From Patescibacteria group bacterium (GTDB lineage: Bacteria; Patescibacteriota; Patescibacteriia; UBA1558; GWA2-36-10), in assembly GCA_018819405.1 (NCBI GenBank), contig JAHJQF010000001.1, forward strand, positions 226,097-290,096: 64,000 nucleotides of DNA. The letters are read 5' to 3'. Position numbers and translations under genes: made by a program. Positions 42,799 through 52,852 of this stretch are shown here, in pieces. The notes under the pieces were generated by a model. That model worked only from the letters and a program-made list of their open reading frames with translations, searched no databases and was not told where the DNA came from. The stretch's first letter is position 1. Each line of letters opens with the position of its first letter.

Positions 42799-43755
42799 TC
42801 AATACTTGTTAAAAGGATCAATATATACTTCTTTTACCTGTTTTTGGGCGGATTTTATCTTTTCCAAAGATATTTCTTCAATTGCCGGAGCTACTTGAGT
42901 GGCGATAGCTTCTAGTAGTATTTTATTGTTGTCACTAAAATCTCGACCGTTTTTTTTGTTTCCCAATATGATAAAACCACAGACTCTTTTTTTAATATGA
43001 ATTGGTGTGATAATAACCCGCTGGCATTTATAAATTGAGTTTTCTGATCCTTTGGGCCAGGTGTTGTGATAAAATATGGCAGTATCAGGTTCATTGATAA
43101 GTTGTTTTAATATGTTGTCAGAGTTTATATCAAAATATAAATCATTTTTTATATTTGTATAACCAATGTTTTTTCTAACATGGGCTTTGGTAATGTCAGG
43201 GGAGTAGGTGATAAATAATGCTTTGTCAGAAGGGATTACTCTCAGAATAATTTTTAAAAGATAGTCAGATATATTTTCTAAATTGTCATAGTCACCGATT
43301 ATCTTGCCGCTGGCAAATAAAGTAACCAACTTGTTGTTGGAATGATTAAGTTTATTTTTTAGATCAAGGGCGATGTTTTTATAAATTTTGGTAGCAATTT
43401 GTGGGGATTTTTTAATAATACTAGGCCAGCTTTGGGCTAGTAGCTCCATGGTTTCTAGCTCTTCACTGACTACTCTCAAGTTGTATTGATGGACGCCCTC
43501 TTTTTCAATAATAGTCATTTCACTCATTACATCGCCTTCTTTAAAAAGGGCGATTGTTTGGTGACCCTCTACTTCAGCTTGTAGAGCTACCAAGCCGCTG
43601 GTAATAATAAATATTTTATCTCTGATTTCGCCTTTTTTTAAAAGGATTGCATTTTCTTGGTATTTTTTGCTTACCAAAAAGTTATTGACCAAAGAAAGCT
43701 CATTTTTGTCTAAATCTTTAAAAAGAGGAGCGCTGGCTAAATCAAATTTGGCCAT
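42799..43755 (-). CDS. cyclic-nucleotide-binding domain + GAF domain regulatory protein, co-operonic with pilT
   Basis: N-terminal cNMP-binding-like beta-roll region (LFKDLDKNELSLV...GEIRDKIFIITSG); C-terminal GAF-like region; 1-nt gap to pilT stop. Confidence 0.55.
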   Translation of the reverse strand: MAKFDLASAPLFKDLDKNELSLVNNFLVSKKYQENAILLKKGEIRDKIFIITSGLVALQAEVEGHQTIALFKEGDVMSEMTIIEKEGVHQYNLRVVSEELETMELLAQSWPSIIKKSPQIATKIYKNIALDLKNKLNHSNNKLVTLFASGKIIGDYDNLENISDYLLKIILRVIPSDKALFITYSPDITKAHVRKNIGYTNIKNDLYFDINSDNILKQLINEPDTAIFYHNTWPKGSENSIYKCQRVIITPIHIKKRVCGFIILGNKKNGRDFSDNNKILLEAIATQVAPAIEEISLEKIKSAQKQVKEVYIDPFNKY

Positions 43756-43756
43756 T

Positions 43757-44788
43757 TTAATTTATGTTATTTAGATAAGCTAAGGCGGTAGCTTCTTCTA
43801 TCAAATTTTGAGAAAGTATATCTTTTATATTTTGCTCCATAGAAAACATGCCCTCTTCCGCACTGGTTTGAATGACGCTTTTTATCTGCGGTATTTTGTT
43901 TTCGCGGATGATGTTGGCAACAGCCGGAGTATTGACCAATATTTCACGAGCAGCTACTCGACCACCACCTACGCGAGGCAATAGTTGTTGAGATATAATA
44001 CAGGATAAAGATATAGATAATTGAAGTCTGACCTGAGCTTGTTGATGAGGTGGAAAGACATCAATAATACGGTCAATAGTTTGGGCGGCATTGTGAGTGT
44101 GTAATGTGGCTAGCACCAAATGTCCGGTTTCAGCCAAAGTAATAGTAGCGCTCATTGTCTCTAGATCTCTGACCTCACCAACCATAATAACATTTGGGTC
44201 TTGTCTGAGGACATGGCGCAAGGCATCTTGGAAAGTAATCATATCATTGCCCAATTGTCTTTGTTTGATAATACTTTTTTTTGGTTTATGAATAAATTCA
44301 ATTGGGTCTTCCAAGGTAATTATGTTGGCAAAGCGAAGTTGATTTATTTTTTCTACCATAGCAGCTAGGGTAGTGGATTTACCACAACCAGTCGGACCAG
44401 TGACTAGTACTAAGCCGCTACTTTTTTCTATCATTTCGTTGACAATTGGCGGCATACCTAGATCTTCAAGCACTGGTATATCATTGGAAATGACACGAGC
44501 CACCAAACCGACGTTGTCTTTTTCCCAGTGCAGGTTGACACGATAGCGAGAGAATTTGGCAATTTCGTAAGAAATATCAAGTTCGCGCTCATCAATAAAT
44601 TTTTTCTTTTGTCTTTCTGTCAAAATAGAAAAAACCATAGCCTCGGCAGCGTCTCGAGTGATGTCTGCTTTTTCGGGGATCATTTTTAACTCCCCGTCAA
44701 TTCTGAGTATTGGCGGTTTGCCGACTATAATATGCAAATCAGAAGCTCCTTTTTGAGTGGCTATTTTAAATAGTTCGTTGATGTTCAT
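43757..44788 (-). CDS. pilT: type IV pilus retraction ATPase PilT
   Basis: GLVLVTGPTGCGKSTTLAAM Walker A; VGEVRD; ITLEDPIEF; PilT/PilU family length. Confidence 0.85.
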   Translation of the reverse strand: MNINELFKIATQKGASDLHIIVGKPPILRIDGELKMIPEKADITRDAAEAMVFSILTERQKKKFIDERELDISYEIAKFSRYRVNLHWEKDNVGLVARVISNDIPVLEDLGMPPIVNEMIEKSSGLVLVTGPTGCGKSTTLAAMVEKINQLRFANIITLEDPIEFIHKPKKSIIKQRQLGNDMITFQDALRHVLRQDPNVIMVGEVRDLETMSATITLAETGHLVLATLHTHNAAQTIDRIIDVFPPHQQAQVRLQLSISLSCIISQQLLPRVGGGRVAAREILVNTPAVANIIRENKIPQIKSVIQTSAEEGMFSMEQNIKDILSQNLIEEATALAYLNNIN

Positions 44789-45055
44789 CTCGTTAGAAAT
44801 TAATTTTAATTTATACTTATCTTGTTAGTGTAAGAGTATTCAAATTTTTAATGGGGCTTATTTTATCTTTTTAAATAATTTGCTTTTGTTTTGTTATGAT
44901 GATGAATTTCTAAATCCGTTGAAGCTAAGCTTCTAAACAGGTTTAACTGGGTTTATTATAGCACAAAATAAACCCCGCACCAATTTTAAAAATAAGATTG
45001 GTGCGGGGTAACAAAAGCGCCGAGCTAAGCTCGACACTTTTGTTAATATAATAAA

Positions 45056-45580
45056 TTATTGATTGTTTAGTAGTTTTTTATTTTTTGTCAGTTGTAGTGA
45101 AGCTTCATAAACTCCAAATAGTAATCCGCTATAGAGTAAATTGCTGGCTAGAGTGCTTTTGAAAAAAGGAATAGCCAGATTCAGACATAGTGCCAGGCCA
45201 GCCAGATCATGGCTATACCAAGAGCCAAAATACCAAACAGCCACATTGGTCATTAAGAAGAATAGTAAGGCTGAGGCTAGTGATCCGCTTAGTAAATTGA
45301 GGGTGTTTTTATATTTTTTTATAAATATGCCAATAAAGCCGGTCAGTAGCATAGAAAGATAGACAGAAGCCATAACACCTATTTCATAAAAACCAATAAA
45401 TATATCGGAGATAAATAAAGCAATTAACGGTAAAAATAAAAGTTTTTTGTCTCGACCGTATACACCGGCAAATAAAGCAGCGCTGGCCAGTGGTGAAAAA
45501 TTTGGTATATGCGGAATAAACCTAGCTCCTAAGGCTATTAAGCTGACTATGGCGATGAGAATAAAGTTTGATTTTGTCAT
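45056..45580 (-). CDS. polytopic membrane protein, possible ECF-type substrate-binding (S) component, clustered with cobalamin genes
   Basis: 5-6 TM helices, ~175 aa; position upstream of DUF4430 and cobO. Confidence 0.3.
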   Translation of the reverse strand: MTKSNFILIAIVSLIALGARFIPHIPNFSPLASAALFAGVYGRDKKLLFLPLIALFISDIFIGFYEIGVMASVYLSMLLTGFIGIFIKKYKNTLNLLSGSLASALLFFLMTNVAVWYFGSWYSHDLAGLALCLNLAIPFFKSTLASNLLYSGLLFGVYEASLQLTKNKKLLNNQ

Positions 45581-45607
45581 ATTTCGGCTTTGCTCAATGT
45601 AATTTGT

Positions 45608-46048
45608 TTAAAGTCTAGATTTTTCAAATTTCCATTCTATAAGTTGACCTGGCTGGGGGAAGAATTTGTCGGCAGATATGAGTGGCTGCTCAAAGTCTAC
45701 AAAGTATTGCCAGTATTTTTGGTCAATGCCGTTTTCATGATCTCTTATTTTGGTGACCAAATAGCCCATCTCGCCGTAATCTTCAAAAGAAAAATCCCAG
45801 TTCTGCTCAGCGGATATGTTAGAGGCGATATCTAGGAGACTTTCAGAGGGGTTTCGGTGTGGATATTGTAACTGAACAACATCTTCATTGTCAAATTCAA
45901 ATTTGACTACTATGATTCTGGTGTTTGGTGTTTCTTTTGGCTCAGCAAAATATTGAGGGCCTTGTTTTTGCCACAAAACAATAATAACAAAAACAAATAT
46001 TAGAGGTATAAGGATTTGTAAAATTTTTTTCGGATTTTTTTCGGTCAT
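45608..46048 (-). CDS. DUF4430-like (transcobalamin-like) membrane-anchored protein
   Basis: N-terminal TM; C-terminal YWQYFVDFEQPLISADKFFPQPGQLIEWKF resembles DUF4430; adjacent to cobO. Confidence 0.4.
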   Translation of the reverse strand: MTEKNPKKILQILIPLIFVFVIIVLWQKQGPQYFAEPKETPNTRIIVVKFEFDNEDVVQLQYPHRNPSESLLDIASNISAEQNWDFSFEDYGEMGYLVTKIRDHENGIDQKYWQYFVDFEQPLISADKFFPQPGQLIEWKFEKSRL

Positions 46049-46109
46049 AATATTAAATGTCTATTAATTATTTTATATTATTTATTCTTTTATCTGTTAA
46101 AATAAATTA

Positions 46110-46649
46110 TTAATATTCTATTCCCTGACGAGCATCCAAGCCTTTTTCAGAGTAATGTCGGACAGCTCTTATCTCACTAACCAAGTCAGCTAGTTCAATG
46201 ATTTCATTTGGAGCATAGCGTCCAGTCAAAATAAGCTCCAAGTGTTTAGGTTTTTGTTTTACTAGATTTAGTAGGTCATTTAATTCTAGAAGCTCAGTTT
46301 TTACTGTAGTGTTTATTTCGTCTAGTATGAGCATATCTAAATTAATAGTCATCCACTCTTTGGCACATTGTATAGCTTCTTTGGCTTGATTTATATCTTC
46401 GGGTATATTATCAAAACGAAATCGGCTGCCCATCATACGAGGTAGGCCAAAAGCTTGGTATTTTAGACCATATGGTTCCAATTTGTCCAATATTTTTCTT
46501 TCGCTGTAATATTCTCCGCCTTTATCAAAATAGATAATGCCGACTTTTAAGCCATTGCCAATAGCTCGTATAGCCAGCCCCAGAGAAGCGGTGGTTTTTC
46601 CCTTGCCATCGCCAGTATATATATGTATTTTTCCTATATTTTTAGCCAT
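46110..46649 (-). CDS. cobO: cob(I)yrinic acid a,c-diamide / cob(I)alamin adenosyltransferase (CobO/BtuR type)
   Basis: IHIYTGDGKGKTTASLGLAIRAIGNGLKVGIIYFDKGG P-loop pattern of CobA/CobO. Confidence 0.75.
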   Translation of the reverse strand: MAKNIGKIHIYTGDGKGKTTASLGLAIRAIGNGLKVGIIYFDKGGEYYSERKILDKLEPYGLKYQAFGLPRMMGSRFRFDNIPEDINQAKEAIQCAKEWMTINLDMLILDEINTTVKTELLELNDLLNLVKQKPKHLELILTGRYAPNEIIELADLVSEIRAVRHYSEKGLDARQGIEY

Positions 46650-46833
46650 TTTGTTGACAATATATGAAGTAGCGGTATAAGATAAAAATAAAGCTACTCA
46701 GTTAGCTTAAGTACATCAATTTTACCCTGAAATGAAAGGGAATGCAATGCAAGATAATCAGCAACAAACTGACACTGATGATAGTCCTTAATCCCCGATA
46801 TACCAACACATCCCCCGAGAAAGGCTGGTGAAA

Positions 46834-47112
46834 ATGAATAGGGTCTTAAAAAGCCCCGTTGCTTGGTCACTCTTGGTCATAGTTTTGGAGATAAGCGTCT
46901 TGCTCTTGGTCCCTGACCACTTTCTGAAGAGGCTCATCTCTTTGCTCTTGGCTGCCCCAGCCTTGCTTATTTGGAGGCTGGAAAAATACCAGAGAGAGAT
47001 TCCTTTCAATCGTTATTCCCTGCTAGTGTCCTTGTTGACTGTCTTTATGGTCTTGGCCATTTTTTTGGCCTACAAGAACCTGTGCCAGTGGAATCCGGCT
47101 CATTTTCAGTAA
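46834..47112 (+). CDS. small hypothetical membrane protein; high-GC islet with SD and terminator
   Basis: GAGAAAGG SD 9 nt upstream; three hydrophobic helices; terminator 47144-47190; ~50% GC. Confidence 0.4.
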   Translation: MNRVLKSPVAWSLLVIVLEISVLLLVPDHFLKRLISLLLAAPALLIWRLEKYQREIPFNRYSLLVSLLTVFMVLAIFLAYKNLCQWNPAHFQ

Positions 47113-47143
47113 AGGAGGATGCAGACAGTGTCTTCCCCCGACA

Positions 47144-47190
47144 AAAAACCCACCTGATCATGCCAACGAGGCATAGGTGGGTTTTCTTTT
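47144..47190 (+). terminator. rho-independent terminator
   Basis: aaaaaacccacct...aggtgggtttt + TTTT. Confidence 0.65.
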
Positions 47191-47199
47191 TACAAAAAT

Positions 47200-47493
47200 T
47201 TAGGCAGGGATATTTATCCAAGTGCTCAACATTATAAATAATAGGTTGAGCAGAGTCATAAAAGACATAAAAGACGCCAGCCAAAACATATAACGCTGGT
47301 ATTTTTGGTTGGCGGAATTATTTTTTTCAATACTTTGGTTGAGCCGCACCATATTTTCATACAGCCTATAATTGAGGATCCATTTAGCTAGGTCAGCATT
47401 GGGAGTGTCAAATTGATCATAGATAATTTCTAAGAGGTCAGTATCAGGGCTGTTTAAATAATCTTTTATTTTTTTGCGTTCATTATTATCCAT
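47200..47493 (-). CDS. small hypothetical protein with C-terminal TM helix
   Basis: 97-aa ORF, AT-rich native composition. Confidence 0.35.
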   Translation of the reverse strand: MDNNERKKIKDYLNSPDTDLLEIIYDQFDTPNADLAKWILNYRLYENMVRLNQSIEKNNSANQKYQRYMFWLASFMSFMTLLNLLFIMLSTWINIPA

Positions 47494-47561
47494 TTTTTTT
47501 TAATTAATTTTATATGTTTATATTAGCTTATTTATAATTTTCTGGCAAAATTGACAGAATA

Positions 47562-48458
47562 TTAAAGCATTAGGATTTTATTTTTTATAGCCTCCTCATA
47601 AATATAAAATCTTTTGAGTAGCAGATAAATAGGCCATTTGGTAAAAAATATTTTTAAGTCTCTTTTGCCGTGAGCCAGATATCTAATAAATAAAATTGGT
47701 ATAATAATAGGAAAAATTAAAATATGAAAATATTCTACATAATTTACAAACAGTCCAAATTTTATAGGGGGTTTAAAAATTAAATAATCTTTAGGGTATT
47801 TTTTCTTTAGGATTGGCCAGACCGAGCCGTTGTGTGCAGATTTTAGAAGTGATCTGGTGGTCCAATTATCTGCCTGATGACAGACGACAGCCGTGGGTTG
47901 TTTTTTAAAATCAAAACCATAACTGACAGTACGAATAGCCATTTCCGAATCTTCATTATTATATTTGAAAAATTGAGGATCAAAATATCCGCAAGTATCA
48001 AAAACTTTTTTATGATAAGCAACGTTGGCACCCATCGGCCAGTGGGCCTTGATATTTTGAACCAGGCGCTCAGGAAAATATCCCTTGTAATTTTTGTCAA
48101 TATAAAAAACTTGTCCTATGACCAGGCCGACATTTTCACTGTCAAATCCAGCGACCAATTGGCTCAACCAATTTTTTTCCGGTAGGCAGTCATCATCAGT
48201 AAAGGCTATTATGTCATAATAGGTGTTTTTGATACCAGTATTTCTGGCTACACTTAAACCCAAGTTTTTTTTATGATGAATTATTTTTATTTTAGGATCA
48301 GATAAGCTGTCCAAAAATTCTTTGGTGTCGTCAGTAGATCCGTCATTAACTATGACAATTTCATATTCGGAAAAGTCTTGAGCCAACAAAGCCTCTAGAC
48401 ATTTTTTGAGATAGGCCAGTCGGTTGAAAGTAGATAGCACTATTGAGCAGTTTTTCAT
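47562..48458 (-). CDS. family 2 glycosyltransferase
   Basis: SIVLSTFNRLAYLKKCLEALLAQDF..EIVIVNDGSTDDT; DDD motif region. Confidence 0.8.
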   Translation of the reverse strand: MKNCSIVLSTFNRLAYLKKCLEALLAQDFSEYEIVIVNDGSTDDTKEFLDSLSDPKIKIIHHKKNLGLSVARNTGIKNTYYDIIAFTDDDCLPEKNWLSQLVAGFDSENVGLVIGQVFYIDKNYKGYFPERLVQNIKAHWPMGANVAYHKKVFDTCGYFDPQFFKYNNEDSEMAIRTVSYGFDFKKQPTAVVCHQADNWTTRSLLKSAHNGSVWPILKKKYPKDYLIFKPPIKFGLFVNYVEYFHILIFPIIIPILFIRYLAHGKRDLKIFFTKWPIYLLLKRFYIYEEAIKNKILML

Positions 48459-48703
48459 ATAGTATAATATTATCTTATATATAGTAAGATGTAAATTTTG
48501 ACATATTTTCTGAATATGTTAATATAAAAAGACAGTAAAATTTATGAAACATTTTGCCTTCACAATACAACCGACCCCGAAGTTAACTATGATGGTTAGC
48601 TTCTTCTGCCGTTTTTAAATTTGCTAGACAAAAAAGACACAACAAGCTGATCGTCATGGTGATGGTCAGTTTTTTTGTTCTTTCAATTTGTGGAGGAAGA
48701 CCA

Positions 48704-48928
48704 ATGGCAGTCAAACGTCTTTTTGTGGTAGCTGATAGCCATGATTTGGGAGCTTTGGCCAAAGCTCTTATCTCGGTGGGGGTAGCTGCCGAACAGATTC
48801 ATATCTCCAAGGATCAGCTGAACTCAGAACTTACCAGCCTGGGCGTCCGGGCCGATGTGCCCTCCGGTGAGCTGGAAGTCAGTTCTCGCTACAAGATTGA
48901 TACGGCCTCGCAAATGGGCGTGCCCTAG
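48704..48928 (+). CDS. small hypothetical protein; high-GC islet (~55% GC) with GGAGGA SD and own terminator
   Basis: MAVKRLFVVADSHDLGALAKAL...; SD 6 nt upstream; terminator 48947-48984. Confidence 0.4.
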   Translation: MAVKRLFVVADSHDLGALAKALISVGVAAEQIHISKDQLNSELTSLGVRADVPSGELEVSSRYKIDTASQMGVP

Positions 48929-48946
48929 GCTTGGCGCTGGTCAATC

Positions 48947-48984
48947 AAAAGGGCGTTCGAATTTTTCGAACGCCTTTGTTTTTT
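48947..48984 (+). terminator. rho-independent terminator
   Basis: aaaagggcgttcgaa-ttttt-cgaacgcctttg + TTTTTT. Confidence 0.65.
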
Positions 48985-49001
48985 CATTAGCCAAGGAAAA
49001 A

Positions 49002-49628
49002 GCTATGTGTTATTATATAAATAATAAAACAATATATATGGGAAAAATACAAGATTTACCAACAGGTCAGGGCTTTAGTTCCAAGCGTTGGGACAAAGGA
49101 TTTAAATCCAGCACCAGATTTGGGGACTTAAGTTCTTTGCGTGACAATCAAGAGGCTCTTAGTGAGGTTGCCAAAAAAAGGCAGTCGGCTATAAGGCGTG
49201 GTAGTTATGACAGTAGTAGTCGAAGATCGGATTATCAAGAGATACTCAAAATGGATCAAAGTCTTACTAGTCGGGATAAAAAATATGTAAGGGATATTTT
49301 GGATCACTGGTCCAATCCTCCTAAACCGGAAAACAAAACTCCTGAAGTAAAAAAAACTATTTCCAAAAAAATTAGCCCCAGAAGAAAGTATGAAAGAGAA
49401 TTACCCAGTTTCTTGCAGACAGGAAATAAGCCAGGTTCTTTTGGTAAGAATGATACTAAAAATAGTAGTCCCTATGGATCACCAAGTTTCAATACTTTAA
49501 GCCCAGGGCAGGGCAAAAATGCTAATGTCTCTAGTAGCCCATATAAAGGTGGATCGTCTTCTTTACCAAGCTCTTCCGGATCATTAGGTGGATCATCTGG
49601 GGCATTTCGTCGGCCAAAATTATTTTAA
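49002..49628 (+). CDS. low-complexity Ser/Lys/Gly-rich hypothetical protein
   Basis: ORF after terminator; start chosen at ATG 49002 (alternative 49040). Confidence 0.35.
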   Translation, partial: AMCYYINNKTIYMGKIQDLPTGQGFSSKRWDKGFKSSTRFGDLSSLRDNQEALSEVAKKRQSAIRRGSYDSSSRRSDYQEILKMDQSLTSRDKKYVRDILDHWSNPPKPENKTPEVKKTISKKISPRRKYERELPSFLQTGNKPGSFGKNDTKNSSPYGSPSFNTLSPGQGKNANVSSSPYKGGSSSLPSSSGSLGGSSGAFRRPKLF

Positions 49629-49668
49629 AACAGATATTTTAAAACCCGTATGATTACGGGTTTTAAAT

Positions 49669-50193
49669 TTATTTTATTATAGTTATGTCTTTTGGCAGAC
49701 CTTGAATGATTATGTCTAGATCATGTTGAGAATAATTATTACCAGATAAATTGAGTGCTTTTAGATTTTTTAAATTTGCCAATTCATTAGGTAGGCCAGT
49801 CAGTTGATTGTTGGATAAATCTAATATTTCTAGTTTGGATAGTTGACCAATCTCGGCCGGTACGCCAGTCATCTGATTGTTGCTGGCATTGAGGACACGT
49901 AGATTTTGCAAATGCCTTATCTCAGCCTGGATAGAGCCGGTCAAATTATTGCCGGAAACATTAAGGCTTTCCAACTTTGTCTGAGAAAAAACATATTCTG
50001 GTATTTTGTCTAATCCCTGATTACTTAGATTTAGATTGTTGTTGCCAATGTCAACTTCATTAGTATCGGAGTTTACTTCGCTGTTTGTGTTGGTATTTTC
50101 ATTAGTATTGTTGGTATTGGTAGCTGGTTTTGTGATAGTGCATCCTGTGACCAAAAAAGCAGTTACAAGCACTATAAAAGCTATATTTTTCAT
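49669..50193 (-). CDS. leucine-rich-repeat lipoprotein
   Basis: Lipobox LVTGC; repeated LxxLxLSNNQLTGLP LRR units. Confidence 0.7.
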   Translation of the reverse strand: MKNIAFIVLVTAFLVTGCTITKPATNTNNTNENTNTNSEVNSDTNEVDIGNNNLNLSNQGLDKIPEYVFSQTKLESLNVSGNNLTGSIQAEIRHLQNLRVLNASNNQMTGVPAEIGQLSKLEILDLSNNQLTGLPNELANLKNLKALNLSGNNYSQHDLDIIIQGLPKDITIIK

Positions 50194-50337
50194 ATATTTG
50201 TTGTTTACTTATAATACCTGTAGTGTAGCCTATATAGTTAACTGTGTAAATGAAAGAGCCCTCGTCGCTTTTGGCGACGAGGGCTGCCCCTGGCTAGTAA
50301 TGGCGAGAGCCAGTTCGTTTGCGCAGAGTGATCTCGG

Positions 50338-50523
50338 CTACTTTTTATCGGTCGGCAAGTTGCCGGCCTTGATGGCCTCGTAGATCTCGTGCCGATGCAC
50401 GGGGATGGAGCGAGGGGCGTCGATGCCGACTTGGACTTGGTCGCCACGGATGTCGACAATAATAATGGCGATGTCATCGCCGATCATGATTCTCTCGCTT
50501 CTTTTGCGACTGATGATAAGCAT
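50338..50523 (-). CDS. csrA: carbon storage regulator CsrA; high-GC islet
   Basis: MLIISRKRSERIMIGDDIAIIIVDIRGDQVQVGIDAPRSIPVHRHEIY matches CsrA; ~52% GC; minus-strand hairpin terminator at 50256-50290. Confidence 0.8.
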   Translation of the reverse strand: MLIISRKRSERIMIGDDIAIIIVDIRGDQVQVGIDAPRSIPVHRHEIYEAIKAGNLPTDKK

Positions 50524-50664
50524 GTCTTCCTCCCTGAAGAGTGAGTCATCCTTGAGTAGTCTGTCTAGCTATAGAGCTAGGGTGAAAATGAACCGCAATT
50601 ATTTTAGGGTTTTTAGGGGTTTTTGTCAATAATAAAACCCCGCTCAAAAAGCGGGGTAAGATAT

Positions 50665-51438
50665 TTATGAGACTAGTGGAAAAAATATAGCATGGAGCAT
50701 TATATCAGCACAGAAGTGGGCAATTATGGCTGACTCCAAACCTTTTTTCCAATATAGCCAGCCAAAGATTATTCCACCTACACCATTTAAGACTAGAGCC
50801 CGAATTAGTACCAGAGGAGTGATAGCTGTGACAGCCGCTGTGACTGGCAGGTGGCCTAGACCAAACAAAATAGAAGAAAGTATAATTGCTGTCCAAACAA
50901 GCCAATTTTTTTCCAGTATTTTGTCTTGGCTTTTGCTAATCTTGGCAAGCAGCCAGATTATAAAAGTCATAAAAAACAATCTCATCACAATCTCTTCGCT
51001 AATGCCGCCATAAAAAGAGGCCAAAACACCTTGCCAGACTGGGGCAGATATCTGCTCGCCGACACGGACACCTAGTTTGATAAACAAAAATTCCAAAATT
51101 ATGATAGCTAGGGCGGCTACTATACCAAGTAGAATAGATATTTTGATAGTATCTTTGATATTTATTTCTATTTTTTGTTTAGCAAGATAGTTTTCAATAA
51201 TAGGTATTTGTAGGCCGATTTTTTTTGAGAGTATTAATCCAATAAATAGCAAAACACCTATCAAGACAGTACTTTGAATTATAGCTAAAGATATTACTAG
51301 AGGTAGTGGTAGAGGAGATTGTTTCAAAATATCACCCTGCACCGACATTATATAGGGCATGATAAGGATGATAGAAAAAAGGCTAGCTAGCAATAGGACA
51401 AAATATAGTTTCCAGTTGATTAAATTTTTTAGTTTCAT
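50665..51438 (-). CDS. CPBP family (CAAX/Abi) intramembrane metalloprotease
   Basis: EEIVMRLFF, FGLGHLP, HFCADIM motifs in multi-TM protein. Confidence 0.75.
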   Translation of the reverse strand: MKLKNLINWKLYFVLLLASLFSIILIMPYIMSVQGDILKQSPLPLPLVISLAIIQSTVLIGVLLFIGLILSKKIGLQIPIIENYLAKQKIEINIKDTIKISILLGIVAALAIIILEFLFIKLGVRVGEQISAPVWQGVLASFYGGISEEIVMRLFFMTFIIWLLAKISKSQDKILEKNWLVWTAIILSSILFGLGHLPVTAAVTAITPLVLIRALVLNGVGGIIFGWLYWKKGLESAIIAHFCADIMLHAIFFPLVS

Positions 51439-51644
51439 ATTTTTATTATAAAGCTTTATATTTTTTCAAAAAAAGCCCCCTAGTCCATGCACTTGGGGAC
51501 TCCGACACGGACGGGGCAGCCAATCCCTTTTCAGTTCTTCCTTATTTCTGATAGTAAGTTTATACCTGCGTGTCTACTTATGGAACGACCAGCTTGGCTG
51601 ATGTGGTCGTGATGCAGCTAGTTTTTATTTCTAGCGGCCTTATT

Positions 51645-52268
51645 CTAATTGAGTTTGAAGCTATTATAAAATTTATCAAATAAATCGCTTTTGATAGCGC
51701 CGTTATTTATTAAATAACTGTAATTACCATTTTCTAATACGATTACTTCATAAATCCAACTCGGAGTAGATGGCGTAGTGATTGTGACCTTGACTGCAGA
51801 AACACCATTGACTGTTATGTTTTCCCTTTTCTCTTGTCTATCACTAAATTGTGTACCTACATTTTTTATTGGCGTCTCAGTGTCAGCTGTTTTTTTGTCA
51901 TATACGGAAATAAATAATTCCCCGTCATATCCATTGCCTCTGGTTCCATCACCAAAAGAAACATTTAATAATACTGCCGATGGACGATTGAGATCTTTGG
52001 CATTGACTTCATTGACGATTTCCCAATTCTGCGGATATTTAATTTCAAAGCCGTAATCACCTTGGTATATTTGCCAAGATAAAGTCTCATCAGTTGCTGG
52101 TGCTGGTTGTTTTGCAACAGCTGAAGTTTCTGCCTGATTGGTGTTTTTGTTGATTTCGGTCGTTATTTGATTAGCATTTTCGTTTGTAGTGGCCGTTTGT
52201 TGCGTAGTACACCCTGCTATAAATATGACTCCTATTGACAAGACACTCAATGTAATTATTTTTTTCAT
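51645..52268 (-). CDS. hypothetical secreted lipoprotein
   Basis: Signal/lipobox IFIAGCTTQQ; no recognised domain. Confidence 0.5.
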   Translation of the reverse strand: MKKIITLSVLSIGVIFIAGCTTQQTATTNENANQITTEINKNTNQAETSAVAKQPAPATDETLSWQIYQGDYGFEIKYPQNWEIVNEVNAKDLNRPSAVLLNVSFGDGTRGNGYDGELFISVYDKKTADTETPIKNVGTQFSDRQEKRENITVNGVSAVKVTITTPSTPSWIYEVIVLENGNYSYLINNGAIKSDLFDKFYNSFKLN

Positions 52269-52536
52269 AAGTTTTATTTATTAATAAATTATATTGTCTA
52301 AATGAATATTTGTAATAATTATATCATCATGGTCATGAGGAAGCAATGCAGGTAAATTGTAAATGTGGTGTCGTATGATGTTGAATTTTTTAGTTAAAAT
52401 CTATTATTTAAGGGAATTTTTTGGGTATTTTTTAACCTTGACATAATGTAGTATTCATGATATAATATAGCATTAACCAAAAATAGGTCAATTCTGGCCA
52501 CTGGTTGTGTACCTGTCATCAGAAGAGAGGTGTGTA

Positions 52537-52707
52537 ATGAGTGTTTGGAGATATGTCGCAAAAGTCCTCAACATCTGGTCTGCCGCATTGGGATTGATCG
52601 GATTGATTGTAATCCGCAAAGATCCCACGAGTAGTTACTATCTGCTCGGTGTGGTAGCCTTGTCCCTGTTGGTTGCCATCAACTGCAAACTCAACTCCCC
52701 GAAGTAG
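52537..52707 (+). CDS. small hypothetical membrane protein; high-GC islet
   Basis: AGAGAGGTG SD; 2 TM; terminator gagaccc...gggtctc at 52722-52754. Confidence 0.35.
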   Translation: MSVWRYVAKVLNIWSAALGLIGLIVIRKDPTSSYYLLGVVALSLLVAINCKLNSPK

Positions 52708-52852
52708 TGTGGAAACCCATTGAGACCCGGGTTAGAATAGGGTCTCTTTTTTTGTTATTTTTGCTATTGACAAAATAGTAAAAATATGATATAATTGTCA
52801 GTTAACGATAGGGCTTTACCCTATAAACAGTTCTTAAACAAAGGGGTTTCCC

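Noticed and set aside
46788-47009. ORF 46788-47009(-) versus 46828-47112(+)
   Set aside because: The plus-strand gene has an SD and a downstream rho-independent terminator; the minus frame has neither.
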